DNA of 64,000 bases from assembly GCF_000143415.4 (NCBI RefSeq), contig NW_003314323.1:186001-250000 (forward strand), in the 5' to 3' direction. The notes under the pieces are model-generated. The model had not been told where the DNA came from, made no database searches, and worked only from the letters and a program-made list of their open reading frames with translations. Both the position numbers and the translations under genes were made by a program. Positions within the stretch are counted from its first letter, which is position 1, and the number at the start of each line of letters is the position of its first letter. The stretch is from Selaginella moellendorffii (lineage: Eukaryota > Plantae > Lycopodiophyta). This document shows positions 12,776 to 24,026 of the stretch, piece after piece.

Positions 12776-15700
12776 ATGGAGCATCAGCAGGAGCCAGTCT
12801 TGGAAAAGGATTTGCACGAATTGCGGCAGGAGCTAGAGAAATCGATCGCCTCGGACACGCATACGTCGCTGGCGGCTAATATGCTGCTGGATGTTCCCAT
12901 CGCCGACGGGAGTGGTGGAGGCTCTGTGGTCTCGGGGATTGATCGTGAGCCAGCGGTTGTCGTGCAGATGATTGGGAGCGTCCAAGGAGGTGATGCTGCT
13001 ACTCCAGCTCCTGCTGGTGGTACGTGATCGATCGTTCCTTAGCTTAGCTTTGATAAGTTTTCTAACTGCGTGCTTTGTGAAGAACAACCATCTTCATTCC
13101 CTGGAGAAGACCAAGAACAACAGGTTCTTCGATTTATCACTGAGTTTCTTCGATTCTTAAAGCAGATTTTAGCTGCAGAGAAGCAAATATGGAGAAGGAA
13201 ATGCCTTGAAAGGAAATAAGTTGGCTAAGAAGTTTGGAAGAAAGGTCTATATTGGGAACGTCATTGGCTTTGATCCTGAAAGACAATGGTACAAGGTATG
13301 AGTCTCATCTAAACTGTCTGCAATAGTGCCCATTCGGCTGTTGTGAAATGTGATAGGTTGAATATGAAGATGGCGACCAGGAGGAACTTTGGTGGTGGGA
13401 GCTGGAACCTTTATTGATTCAATATGAAAAACGAATGGAATCAATGACAAAGAAAAGATCACGGTCCGAAGGAGATAAAATAGCGTAAGAAACCTTTGAT
13501 TTTTGAGCTTATGACATGTTTTGATAGTCAGGCTAAGCGGATGAGAGATCCGGACGAAGAATATCTAGAGCTGGTAGAGGAGCTCAGTATGTTCTCCTCG
13601 TCTTCAGGAACTTCTGAAGACGATGATTGGGATAGGGATATCAAGAAGACACCGAGATCCAAAAGATCGGGAAAGAAACGAAAGGCGGAAAGCTTGCAAG
13701 CTGAAAGAGGGAGCGTGTCTACTGAAAGTATACAGGCTGCCTCCGAGGAAGCTGCTACTGAATCCGTTAGCCGGAGAGTAGTCAGATCAAAAAGCTCCTC
13801 GGGGAATGAGAACGGCTTCAGCTTGATCGGAAGAGAAACCAGGAAAGTTTTTAAAGGAAGAAATTATATAGGCAAAGTTATTGAGTTCGATCCGGAGGCA
13901 AAGTTTTACAAGGTGCGTGTTTCTCTCTAAGTCAATCTCCTCCTAATTTATTCTTTTATTATGTCTGCCACAGGTTGTATATGAGGATGGGGACTCGGAG
14001 GAGCTTGAGTGGAAGGAGTTAAAGGCTACATTAGTTTCCAACGACGGCAAATTGCTTGTCAGCAATGGCCATGTTGAAACAGAATCCAAACAGTCCAGCA
14101 ATCCGTCCAGCAACAGATCCGTAGATGACACAGAGGTGAATGAACATACTCCAAGGAGGTACCTACGTTAGTTCGCTGCTTAGTCCTTCCCCTGATATTA
14201 CCATATTGTACAGGGGAGGAAAAAAGCTGGATGAGATGCCTCTGACAAGCTCTCAAGTCAAGTATCCAGGCGCATTGCATCCAGCGTTTGAAAGAGCCCG
14301 TTTCTTGGAAAATAACACTGAAAAACTGGAGTATTTTGCATGGGGCGAAGTTGTCGCTTTCGACAAAGCTAAGTGTCCCGATCTGAAAGCTATGGGGACT
14401 CTGCCAACAAAGTCTCCCATTGTTCATTTAGCCGTAAGTAGTTCAATTTCATCGTTTACGTCTAATACATATAAACAATTTCAGGCAAGCCAGCATCATC
14501 TTGCTGTGTTAACAGCTGCGGGACAGGTTTTTGTTTGGCGAAACAAGCATGGAAATATTACTGAGCGTTGCGATGCATGGGAACATATTTCCAGTCTGGA
14601 TGATAAAACTATAGTTTTGGTTGACATTGCTGGACCAGAGTTGGAGAGATCATCGGCAGGTTACTCTTCTCATCAAGAAGACCAGGTGAATTGTCAAAGC
14701 TTTTCGGCAACATTTTTAACGCACTCTACAGGTTCCAGATCCTTTTTTCCTAGCTGCGGTGTCTTATAATGGAAATGAGTACGTTCTTCAAGGTTCTCAG
14801 CCTCATGAACCTGTATGTATTAGATTGCTGTTCTTTATCTGACATATTACCTCCTGAAGGTTCATACTTATTCTTTGTTGGAGGAATTCCAGTATCCAAG
14901 CCTTGAAGATTTATTGAAATTGAATGACACGACTGTGAACAATTTGGGCCGGATTTCTCAAGTGGCTGTTGGAACCGTTGACGCATTTGACGAGCCTCCA
15001 TTCATCGGGTACATGTGGCTTCAAGTTATGCACGCTTAACATAGTTGCAATGCAGGTACATTATGGACACCGATCGCGTTTATATTAGATCTGCAACGAA
15101 GGACTTCATGGAAGAAGTGAACCACATCACAGGATTTTCGGGAAGGCCTTTGAAAATCCAGGTAGTCTATGCGTCTATTTAGTTATCTTCTTATCGTGAT
15201 AATTTTAGTGTGGAAGTGCATATCACGCTATTATTCTGACTGATGATGGTCGGGCCTGGACTTGGGGTCGTGGTTATTTCCCCGGCACCGGCAATGCAAC
15301 ATTTTCTGTATGTCAACCTGCTCTTGGCAGTCTAGTCAACCGAAAGGTTTCTGGTTTTGTTTTTATAAATCTTTGTGTAGTAACATTTCAGTAACAGGTT
15401 GTGGATATTGCTTGCTGTGGTCAGAACTTTATAGCTCTAACAGATGACGGTGAAGTTCACCAATGGACTCACGGACTTCCCAATTCCTTCCTCGGCGTTG
15501 AGAATTCACCAAAATCAGCTTTAAAAGTTCCAACAGAGGACAAGCTACAGAAGGTTGCACTTGGAGTCGGGGTAGTCGCTGGAATTTCTAGCGCGGGAAA
15601 GCTCCATACCTGGAAGACTTCTCTTGGACACCCAACCTCTGCCAAATGCGCTACACCGCTGAGTCGTGATGAGAAAAGTAAAGATACCTCTGTTGCTGCA

Positions 15701-15858
15701 CTAGGTATGTATTTTCGGATTTGAGCTACCTAGTTCACGGTCGCTACTTAACTGTAGGGACGAGATCTATGCTAAAAGTCTTCTGCGTTGCTGGCTCGTC
15801 AATAGCAGTCGGGCGAAAGAAGCCACGAGGAAGGCCTGCCATTGGAAAAGACCCCTGA
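12776..15858 (+). CDS. Multi-exon protein with two PTM/DIR17-like Tudor domains, RCC1-like repeats and a C-terminal AT-hook
   Basis: Tudor 1 KKFGRKVYIGNVIGFDPERQWYK|VEYEDGDQEEL; Tudor 2 RKVFKGRNYIGKVIEFDPEAKFYK|VVYEDGDSEEL; in-frame splice PRR|GGKKL into RCC1-like ASQHHLAVLTAAGQVFVW, CGSAYHAIILTDDGRAWTWG, IACCGQNFIALTDDGEVHQW; ends KKPRGRPAIGKDP*. Confidence 0.7.
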
Positions 15859-16032
15859 AGGTGGTGTACACTTATTGTTGCTATTTCTTACTCTTCTTTT
15901 CCTCCAGGCAGAAGATTAGTATGTACAATACAGATTGACTCAAGGTGACTACTTTGTCCAGTTTTGTATGCAAAATTACAGCAATATAGAATTCAACTAA
16001 TTGCTTTTGGCAAGCTCTTTGGAAATACTCAG

Positions 16033-18039
16033 CTACCAACAATCGCGGCAAGAACAAAATCCGTTCTCGAAGTGGTGAAACCTGGTGGCGTCCCTGACAG
16101 CAATTTTTCTGTTTAAATGTTTGGACAGAAACTTGATGACGTTATGGCAGTCCGAGCAGACTCTGAGGTTCTTGACGATGCAAAGAGACGCCTCGGGTGG
16201 AGTGTTGAGAACTCCAAAGGCAAGTGCAAGCTTTTCACTGTGGTAACTTAATGACTGCTCCGTTTCTTCTTCTTCCATTTCAGCTATCCTTGTGTCTGGA
16301 ACGTACCCGGCCTCCTTCATCGTCTGGAACAGCCTCCTCAGCTCGTTATAAGCGTCATCTCTCCGTGGATGCGTCTCATCGAGTGAATAGAACTCGTTGG
16401 TCTGGCCTTTGATGGTGATTGTACTCTTTCCAGGTAGCTTCTTTCTGCACTTGATTCTTATCTGGTCTCTGAGTTTCATTTCCGCAGCTCTGTCCCCAGC
16501 GCTGGCGTAGATGTTGGACAGCATAACATAAGGTGCTGGATCTTTTATGGAGCTCTCGTCCAACTCAAAGAGATGGTTAGCAACCCGGCCTGCCCGTTTC
16601 AAGTCTCGGAAAGTCCGGCAAGCACTGAGTAAGCTCGTCCATGCTACAGCACCGGCTTTAAATGGCATTTTAGTGATGAGAGTTTCTGCGTCTTTCAGGT
16701 AGCCAGCCCGTCCAAGGAGGTCAATCGCGCACAGAAAGTGTGACTCGTTTGCAGTGACACCATAGTAGTCACCACTTACCAACGAGCTGAAGATATCAGA
16801 GCCTTCGTCGAACAAAGCGCCGTGGCTACAAGCAGAGAGAGTGTTGATCAGCGTTATCCCGTTGGGCTCCACTCCTGCTTGAACCATGATCCGGAAGATG
16901 TCCAGAGCTTCGGAGCTGTATCCATTCTGTGCGTAGGCCGCGATGATCGCTGTCCAAGATACTACGTCACGGTAAGTCATTTCAAGAAACGTTTGCCTTG
17001 CTAACTCCGGGAGACCGCACTTGCCGTACATGTTGCAGATTGAGTTGGCGACACTGATATCCTTGGCCAATGCTTCATCCATTCCGTCGCAAATGATCCT
17101 ACCCAGTGAAGAAGCCGTGAGGTTCGCACAGGCATCGAGCACGCTGCAGTAAGTCATCCTACTCGGCTGCAACCCTTCCAGGTCCATGCGTCGAAAGAGC
17201 TCGAGAGCCTGCTTTGGACGTCCGTTCTGGCCGAATCCAGCGATCATGGCATTCCAGGAAATGACACTTTTGTCCGGCATCTCCCGGAAAAGCTTCTCGG
17301 CCTCGTCAACGCGAGCGTTCTGAGCGAAAGCCGTGACCATGGCATTCCAGGAGACAACAGTCCGGTCCTTCATGCTGTCGAACAAGCTCTTGGCCTCGGA
17401 GACGCAGCCATTGTAGCCGAGCGCCGAGATCATCACGTTGTAGGAGGCGACGCTGGGCTCCGGCATCCTGTGAAACATCGACTTGGCCTCCTGGAGCTGG
17501 CCAGTATGAGCGTACAGAGAGATCATCGCGTTCCAGGCAATGGTGCTGGGCTCCCGGGTGGAATCAAACATCGACTTTGCTTCCTCCTTGTGCCCGGACT
17601 TGGCATACATGGTCACCATGGTTGTCCACGACGCAGAGGTCTTCCCGGGCATCCTCTCGAACAGCCGCCTCGCCTCGGGGATCCTCCCAGCGTTACCGTA
17701 AGCCGCGATCAACATGTTCCAGGAGAGGACCTTTGGACAGGCGACGGCGTCGAAGAGCTTGCGAGCATCTTCCAAGCTCCCGCAAGCCGAGTACATTTGG
17801 ACGAGCTGGTTCTGGAGCTCCGGGTCGTGGTTGAGGCCTTGCTCCACGACCTGGGAGTGGAGGCGCTTACCTTCGGCAAGGGACTTCGACTTGGTGGCTC
17901 GTCCCAGCGCGTCGAGGAGGTTGGTCTTTGCGGCAAGATTTCTTACCGCCTCTGTTGCAGCTCCAGGCAATGCGGCCATGGTGCGGAGCCATCGCCTTTG
18001 GAGCTTCAGGGCGCCCAACTCGCGCCTTCTCTGGAACAT
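16033..18039 (-). CDS. PLS-class PPR protein with E and DYW deaminase domain (organellar C-to-U editing factor)
   Basis: Intronless PPR array; PG box; HSEKLA and CSDCH zinc motifs; ends SCRDCW; first ATG 18039. Confidence 0.95.
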   Translation of the reverse strand: MFQRRRELGALKLQRRWLRTMAALPGAATEAVRNLAAKTNLLDALGRATKSKSLAEGKRLHSQVVEQGLNHDPELQNQLVQMYSACGSLEDARKLFDAVACPKVLSWNMLIAAYGNAGRIPEARRLFERMPGKTSASWTTMVTMYAKSGHKEEAKSMFDSTREPSTIAWNAMISLYAHTGQLQEAKSMFHRMPEPSVASYNVMISALGYNGCVSEAKSLFDSMKDRTVVSWNAMVTAFAQNARVDEAEKLFREMPDKSVISWNAMIAGFGQNGRPKQALELFRRMDLEGLQPSRMTYCSVLDACANLTASSLGRIICDGMDEALAKDISVANSICNMYGKCGLPELARQTFLEMTYRDVVSWTAIIAAYAQNGYSSEALDIFRIMVQAGVEPNGITLINTLSACSHGALFDEGSDIFSSLVSGDYYGVTANESHFLCAIDLLGRAGYLKDAETLITKMPFKAGAVAWTSLLSACRTFRDLKRAGRVANHLFELDESSIKDPAPYVMLSNIYASAGDRAAEMKLRDQIRIKCRKKLPGKSTITIKGQTNEFYSLDETHPRRDDAYNELRRLFQTMKEAGYVPDTRIAEMEEEETEQSLSYHSEKLALAFGVLNTPPEASLCIVKNLRVCSDCHNVIKFLSKHLNRKIAVRDATRFHHFENGFCSCRDCW

Positions 18040-18780
18040 GCCTAAACCCTTGGAACTGAAACGAAATGGATCCAAGACGAAGCAGTTGCGTTGATCATAT
18101 CAGGTGACTTCTTACTCAATGATTTATGTTTCGCTCACATGTTTCATCTTTGTCCGGATCATCTTCTTTCAGTTTTTTCTGTCCATGCATCAGCCTTTGT
18201 ACATCAGATCAGTAATATCATCACTGCTCAGGAGATCGATATTATCAAGTGCCGTACCCAAGATCGCGCTGGATCGCATTGAGGACGATCGTAAGAGTGG
18301 ATGCCATGCTTCGCCATTCTGCCGCCATCCTAGTGCACCCGAGCAGAGGACTCTTTTTTCGGAAGATCCACAGCCAGCCAGTGTACACGTTGTTCAACGA
18401 GGTCTGAGAACCCAGCCGAAATGATTGATCGAAAGAAAAAATAAGTTTTCGTGGACAGACTCTGGAAAAAAAAAATGGAGGAGCTTTTTCTCTACTCTGA
18501 CTACCTCAAAGAAGCGAGAGTTTTGAGTTAAATACCAGCAGTTCAATTTTATTCGAACGTAAAGTTTGTAAGCCATCCACATATATAAATTCAACTAGCA
18601 ACCAGCAGTCTCCCAAAATATTTTTCTTGAATTTTTTATTTCCTCCAATAAAATTTTAAGGTTACATACAATTAGTGTGACCATGTTGATGCATAATTCT
18701 GGTTATGCCATAATAAAATGCAAAATTATTTCTGGTTACCCTAAAATAAACTCTCATATTTAGGGTAACTCACAATATCA

Positions 18781-19280
18781 CTCATAATTGATAATTTTCA
18801 TTTCCATTGTATAAAAACAACAGTGTTTATGATAGTTTTAATATGAGAATCAGAAAGATGGCCATGCTTATTACAAACTCTAACAAACTGAGACTGAAGA
18901 TTATCACATAAAATTAAAAGTAGAATAAGAACGAATGTCTTCATCATCAAGAGGTAAATTAATACCACAATTATTTACTTCTAAACAATTATAAGTGCCG
19001 AAAAGCATAGAAGCATTTTATATAGTACATGAGATGGCACCCAGATGGCAATCCACAAAGGCCTATCTTTTATCTCCTCACTCAAGAATGGCTGTCGTAT
19101 AGATTGGACACTGCCACGTATAGAGATCCATCCACAAGTTCTGAAGCTCTTATATTTACTTACTAGTAATTTGGATGATAGGATCAGGATCCATAGAACA
19201 AGTATGGTAATGATCAGTTGATTCACTAAATGTACGAAAATAATTTTTGTATTAGGAATAATTTCAATATCATCAAGCAA
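18781..19280 (-). pseudogene. Decayed copies of the 5' part of the lectin-domain gene, mixed with PPR-tail sequence
   Basis: Near-identical to 23252-23910 with deletions. Confidence 0.75.
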
Positions 19281-19377
19281 TTATACTTCAGATTTTCTTG
19301 TAAGCAATAGAAGCCTTTTATTTGAATAATAGAGCAGATGGCAGCCTATCTTCTTAACAATGCTTATATCTGCTCGC

Positions 19378-20917
19378 TCAACAATGGCTGTCGTATAGAT
19401 TGGACACTGCCACATATAAAGATCCATCACCACCACCCAGACGCGAGCTCTGGAGCATCTCACTTCCTGCGGCAGCTCCAACCTCGAAGCTCTTATGGGT
19501 TTTGCATGCATCCAGCAGCGCCATCCACGCCCTCGAATCCGTCTGGAATGGCATGCTCTTGATCAGCTCCTCCGCCTCACCGATCCTGCCCGATCGCCCA
19601 AGAGCGCTGATCAAACACCTCTAGTGCTCCGGCCCCGGATGAATCCCTTGATCACATCTCATCGCCACGAAGCACTCCCAGATCTCGTCCAGCAATCCCG
19701 AGTGTCTGCACGCCCCCAGGATGTTAGTGAAGGCCACCTCGTCGAGATGGATCCCCTCCAAGCACAGCTCCTGGAAGATCTCCATCGCTTGCCTGCCATG
19801 CCCGTGCTGGGCATACGCCGCCACCATCGCAGTCCCTCGCCTTCATCCGATCAAACACCTCCCGTGCGGCGATCACATCCCCAAACCGCGCGTAGAGATT
19901 GACGAGCGTCGTGCCCACGACTGCGTCCCTGTCGAGGCCGGACTGGATCGCTCCGTCGCGAACGAGGAGGAAAGATCGCCGAAGCGCGTGCAAGCGGCGA
20001 GAACGGTCGCAAGACTGGAAGCGTTGGGTTTCACGCTGAGGATCATCTCCCTGTACAGCTCCAGCACTTCCCTGTCGTGCCTCGCCATCGCTTCTGCAGC
20101 GCTCCAGCAAAGAACATCTTCCCTAGAGATCTTTCGGAATGCCGATCTCGCACAGTCCAGCCAGTGTACAAGCTGACGAGCGCGGTGCCGACGATGGTAT
20201 CCGTCTCGATCTGGGAGCCTGGCCGGGAATGGAGCAGCACTGCCTCTTCTATCCGGCCCAAGCCCGCTATTGCATTAAGAACGCTCGCGTACGTGAAAGC
20301 ATCGGGCTTCACACCAGCAGACGCCATCTCCTGGTAGATCTTCAAAGATACTTCCAAATGCCCAGCTTCGGCATTTACTGGGACCATTGCGTTCCAAGAC
20401 ACAACATCCCGGTGCGTGATCCGATCGAACATCTGCTTCACCCGATCGATTCTACCGCACTTGGCATACATCGTGACCAGCGCATTTTGAAGACCCACGT
20501 CCTGTTTGATCCCTCTTTCCACGATTCGCTCGTGGATTTCCAGCCCCTGCTCCAGGCATTTCAATCTAGCGCGAGCGGCGGCTGGATCTACGTGCTGGAA
20601 CGGACGAGAGCTCGGTAGAGACAGAGCGCCTCTTGCTCCTTGCCGGCCCCGACGTATGCCGAGATGATGATCGCCCAGGAGAATTCGTTCCGGAGTGGCA
20701 TGCTATCGAACGCCGCTCTGGCATCTTCCAGCCTCCCGCAATCTCTGTACATCTGGACGAGCAAGTTGCCCAGGAACCTGTCGCGGGCGTGGCCGCTGTG
20801 GATAATCCGGGCATGGACACGCCTCCCGTCCTCGAGCAGCCTCGATCGGGCACACTTCCGGAGGATCGTCGCGTACTCCTGCCTGAGCTGAGCATACCTG
20901 GACTGTGGTGGTTCCAT
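19378..20917 (-). pseudogene. Frameshifted duplicate of the PPR gene at 24027-25634
   Basis: Same N-terminus MEPPQSRYAQLRQEY and C-terminus LYDSHC, broken into four ORF pieces by short deletions. Confidence 0.92.
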
Positions 20918-21104
20918 CTCGATCCAGCGAGCACGTTTGCTAGATTATCTGCGAACTTGGGAAGATCTATTTCTTGGGAACTTACAACATGAGAGTTCCA
21001 CTCACTCGTACTCTTCTGGAGGAGCTAGGCAATCCCGCACGGTTTGAGCCAAGTATGGGTTCTCCATTGCCGCTCCTTGTCATTAAGTTGCTTGTTAATG
21101 ATCC

Positions 21105-21914
21105 ATGTCGTAGTCGCGGCCCATTGTAAACTCGCCAGCGTAGCAGAACGCCGACAGCACGGTAATCATCATGACGTCGCTGGGAGCCGCGCCGCCGGCC
21201 TGGATCATCCGGTGGAACACCCGCAGTACGCCGTAGTGGTCGCCATTCTGCGAAAATGCCGTGTCCACGGCACCGCGTCGTCATTGCACCTCTGCCGCAC
21301 GCGGTAGAAGAGGTCCTCCGCGTGGGGCAGGCTGCCGCACTTGGCGTACGTGCTGGTCAGCGCAACCACGTCACTTCTTTCGTACAACCCGGCCACCCGG
21401 AGCGCGGACACCACGGCGCAGGAATCAAACACGCGCAAGAAGCTCGCCTGGTTGGGTTCGATTCCCTCCAGGTCCATGAGACGAAACACTCCCAGCGCTT
21501 GCTCTACGTGTCCTCGCTGTGCATATGCCAGGATCATCTCATTCCACGTCGCCATAGTGCCCCTGTACGGCACTATGTTGAAAAAATGCCGGGCACTAGC
21601 GAGATACCCGCAGCTGACGTACACGTCCATCATGCCCGCGGCTCTCTGCAAATGCCAACATCGGGTATTTTCTTTCACCATAGCTTTCCAGTGCAGATAG
21701 ACTCAAACAAAAATCTTACCCTGGAGAACATACCGTTAACCAAGTAGGCTTTGAGCATGTTTAGATAGCATTTTGGTCCCTTTTCCTTGATTGGGAAGAA
21801 CACCTCCTCCACCTCTCCAATATGCCTGTTTTGGGCATATGCTGCAATCATAGCCGCATTTGGATTATAGACTTTTGTGTATGCAATGTAAACATCCTTG
21901 ATTAAGCCATACAA
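21105..21914 (-). pseudogene. Truncated, decayed duplicate of the PPR gene at 31360-32745
   Basis: Shares FFPIKEKGPKCYL, LASARHFFNIVPY, KCGSLPHAE, QRCNDDAV; frameshifts and deletions. Confidence 0.9.
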
Positions 21915-22530
21915 GTTTAAGTAATGCCACCTACACTTAAATTGTGTATTAGTTTTTTTATGTCCTTCTTTAGAAACTCAATTATTAATTGCTTTATATT
22001 TGTTTTCAAACACTTATTTCAGAGTTCTATTCCTGCTTTTAGCTTTTGGAATTAAAGATTTTAATTTAAATGTGTTATGTTTGTTAAATTTCTACTTTGG
22101 CCACTACCACATAACACACTTTGTGTTTAAAAGTTTGTATCTTAGACCAACTATTAGATCTTTGTAAAAACTCACTAAATTTTTGAGATTTTTGGATTGA
22201 TGGAAATGAGTTTTAGACTTGGAGGTGATATGGATTAACATTCACTCCATAATTTAGGAAAACATTGTATGCATCAAAATGTCTTTGTGAGTTCATGTGA
22301 GTTTGATCCATCTTTTTGTTTTATATTAAGAGACAATCATTTTTAAACAACATTTTAAATAGCATAGCTAAATTAGGGGGCATGTATTCTCAATAAAAAA
22401 TGAAAATGATGTGAAGATTACCTTAGTACAAACTCCTAATAAATAGAAACAAAAGCAGAATTAAATCTCATGCCGAGTACAGCCCTTTATATATCACTTA
22501 ATTAATATTCATATTGAAAAACCATCTAGA

Positions 22531-23430
22531 TTAAAAACATAGAATTTTTTCCTTTCTTTTAATTATATCAAATAAACATATCGATCCAGATTTTCGTATA
22601 GCTAAACAAACCCTTCCATACATATTGTAATTTGAACAAAGCTTTTTTGTTGACCATAAAATATTTTTAATGCCTTGTATAACAGCATTTCCGCTTGATT
22701 TTATTTGCAAATAGCAGTTAGTGTCTTTATTTCTTGTAAAACTCTCCCATATTACTTTTTTTGGTAAATAATTTTTACCATATAATTTAAGGTCACAATT
22801 TGATTCCATTGTCATTCTATACCTATGATTTAAGGAATGCAAACTGTTCCCTTCAGGGAGATAAGTTCCAAAAAACTGATCAGGACCACTTATAAGTTGA
22901 TAAGTATAAGGCCAACAGGTATTTGAACCAATATCAAAATTATAACTTATTTTATGGGGCAAAATTAGTGGGGGATCAATATGAGGATCTCTTGTAGCTT
23001 CTCCATTATTTATATATTCAAGCTCATAATTTTCAGAAGTAATAATAAGATGACCCCATGCATTTAGTAATGCTTCTCTTACAAATGTTGAATATAATTC
23101 TTGTATTCCTTTATATAATTGCTTACTAGTAATTTGGATGATCGAATCAGGATTCATAGAACAACTATGATAATCGCCAGCTGATTCACTAAATGTACGA
23201 ATAATAATTTGTGTATTAGGAAAAGTTCCAATATCACTCATACCTATTGAACCTAATTGATAATTTTCATTTCCATTGTATAATATGTCAAGCAGTAAAA
23301 CAACAGTTTTTATAATAGTTTTAATATGAGAATCAGAAAGATGACCGTGCTTATTACAAACTCTAACAAACTGAGACTGAAGATTATCACATAAAATTAA
23401 AAGTAGAATAAGAACGAATGTCTTCATCAT
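22531..23430 (-). CDS. Secreted protein with unknown N-terminal domain and C-terminal bulb-type (GNA/B-lectin-like) domain; intronless, AT-rich
   Basis: Signal-peptide-like MMKTFVLILLLILCDNLQS; LPEGNSLHSLNHRYRMTMESNCDLKLY...VIWESFT...CYLQIKSSGNAVIQ...LWST pattern; ~300-codon open frame in very AT-rich DNA. Confidence 0.7.
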   Translation of the reverse strand: MMKTFVLILLLILCDNLQSQFVRVCNKHGHLSDSHIKTIIKTVVLLLDILYNGNENYQLGSIGMSDIGTFPNTQIIIRTFSESAGDYHSCSMNPDSIIQITSKQLYKGIQELYSTFVREALLNAWGHLIITSENYELEYINNGEATRDPHIDPPLILPHKISYNFDIGSNTCWPYTYQLISGPDQFFGTYLPEGNSLHSLNHRYRMTMESNCDLKLYGKNYLPKKVIWESFTRNKDTNCYLQIKSSGNAVIQGIKNILWSTKKLCSNYNMYGRVCLAIRKSGSICLFDIIKRKEKILCF

Positions 23431-24026
23431 CAAGAGGTAAATTAATACCACAATTATTTACTTCTAAACAATTATAAGTGCCGAAAAGCATAGAAGCATT
23501 TTATATAGTACATGAGATGGCAGCCAGATGGCAATCCACAAAGGCCTATCTTTTATCTCCTCGCTCAAGAATGGCTGTCATATAGATTGCCACGTATAGA
23601 GATCCATCCACAAGCTCTACTTCCAGCAGCTCCAACCTCGAAGCTCTTATAATTACTTACTAGTGATTTGGATGATAGGATCAGGATCCATAGAACAAGT
23701 ATGGTAATCATCAGTTGATTCACTAAATGTACGAAAATAGGTTTTGTATTAGGAATAATTTCAATATCTCTCACACCTATTGAACGTAATTCATGTATAA
23801 TCTTAGTTTATGATAGTGTTAATATGAGAATCAGAAAGATGATTATTGCAAAATCTAACAAATTGAGACTGAAGATTATCACATAAAATCAGAAATATTT
23901 CATCATCAAGCAATAAAGAAATAATATAATTATACTTTAGATTTACTTGTAAGCAATAGAAGCCTTTTATTTGAATAATAGAGCAGATGGCAGCCTATCT
24001 TCTTAACAATGCTTATATCTGCTCGC

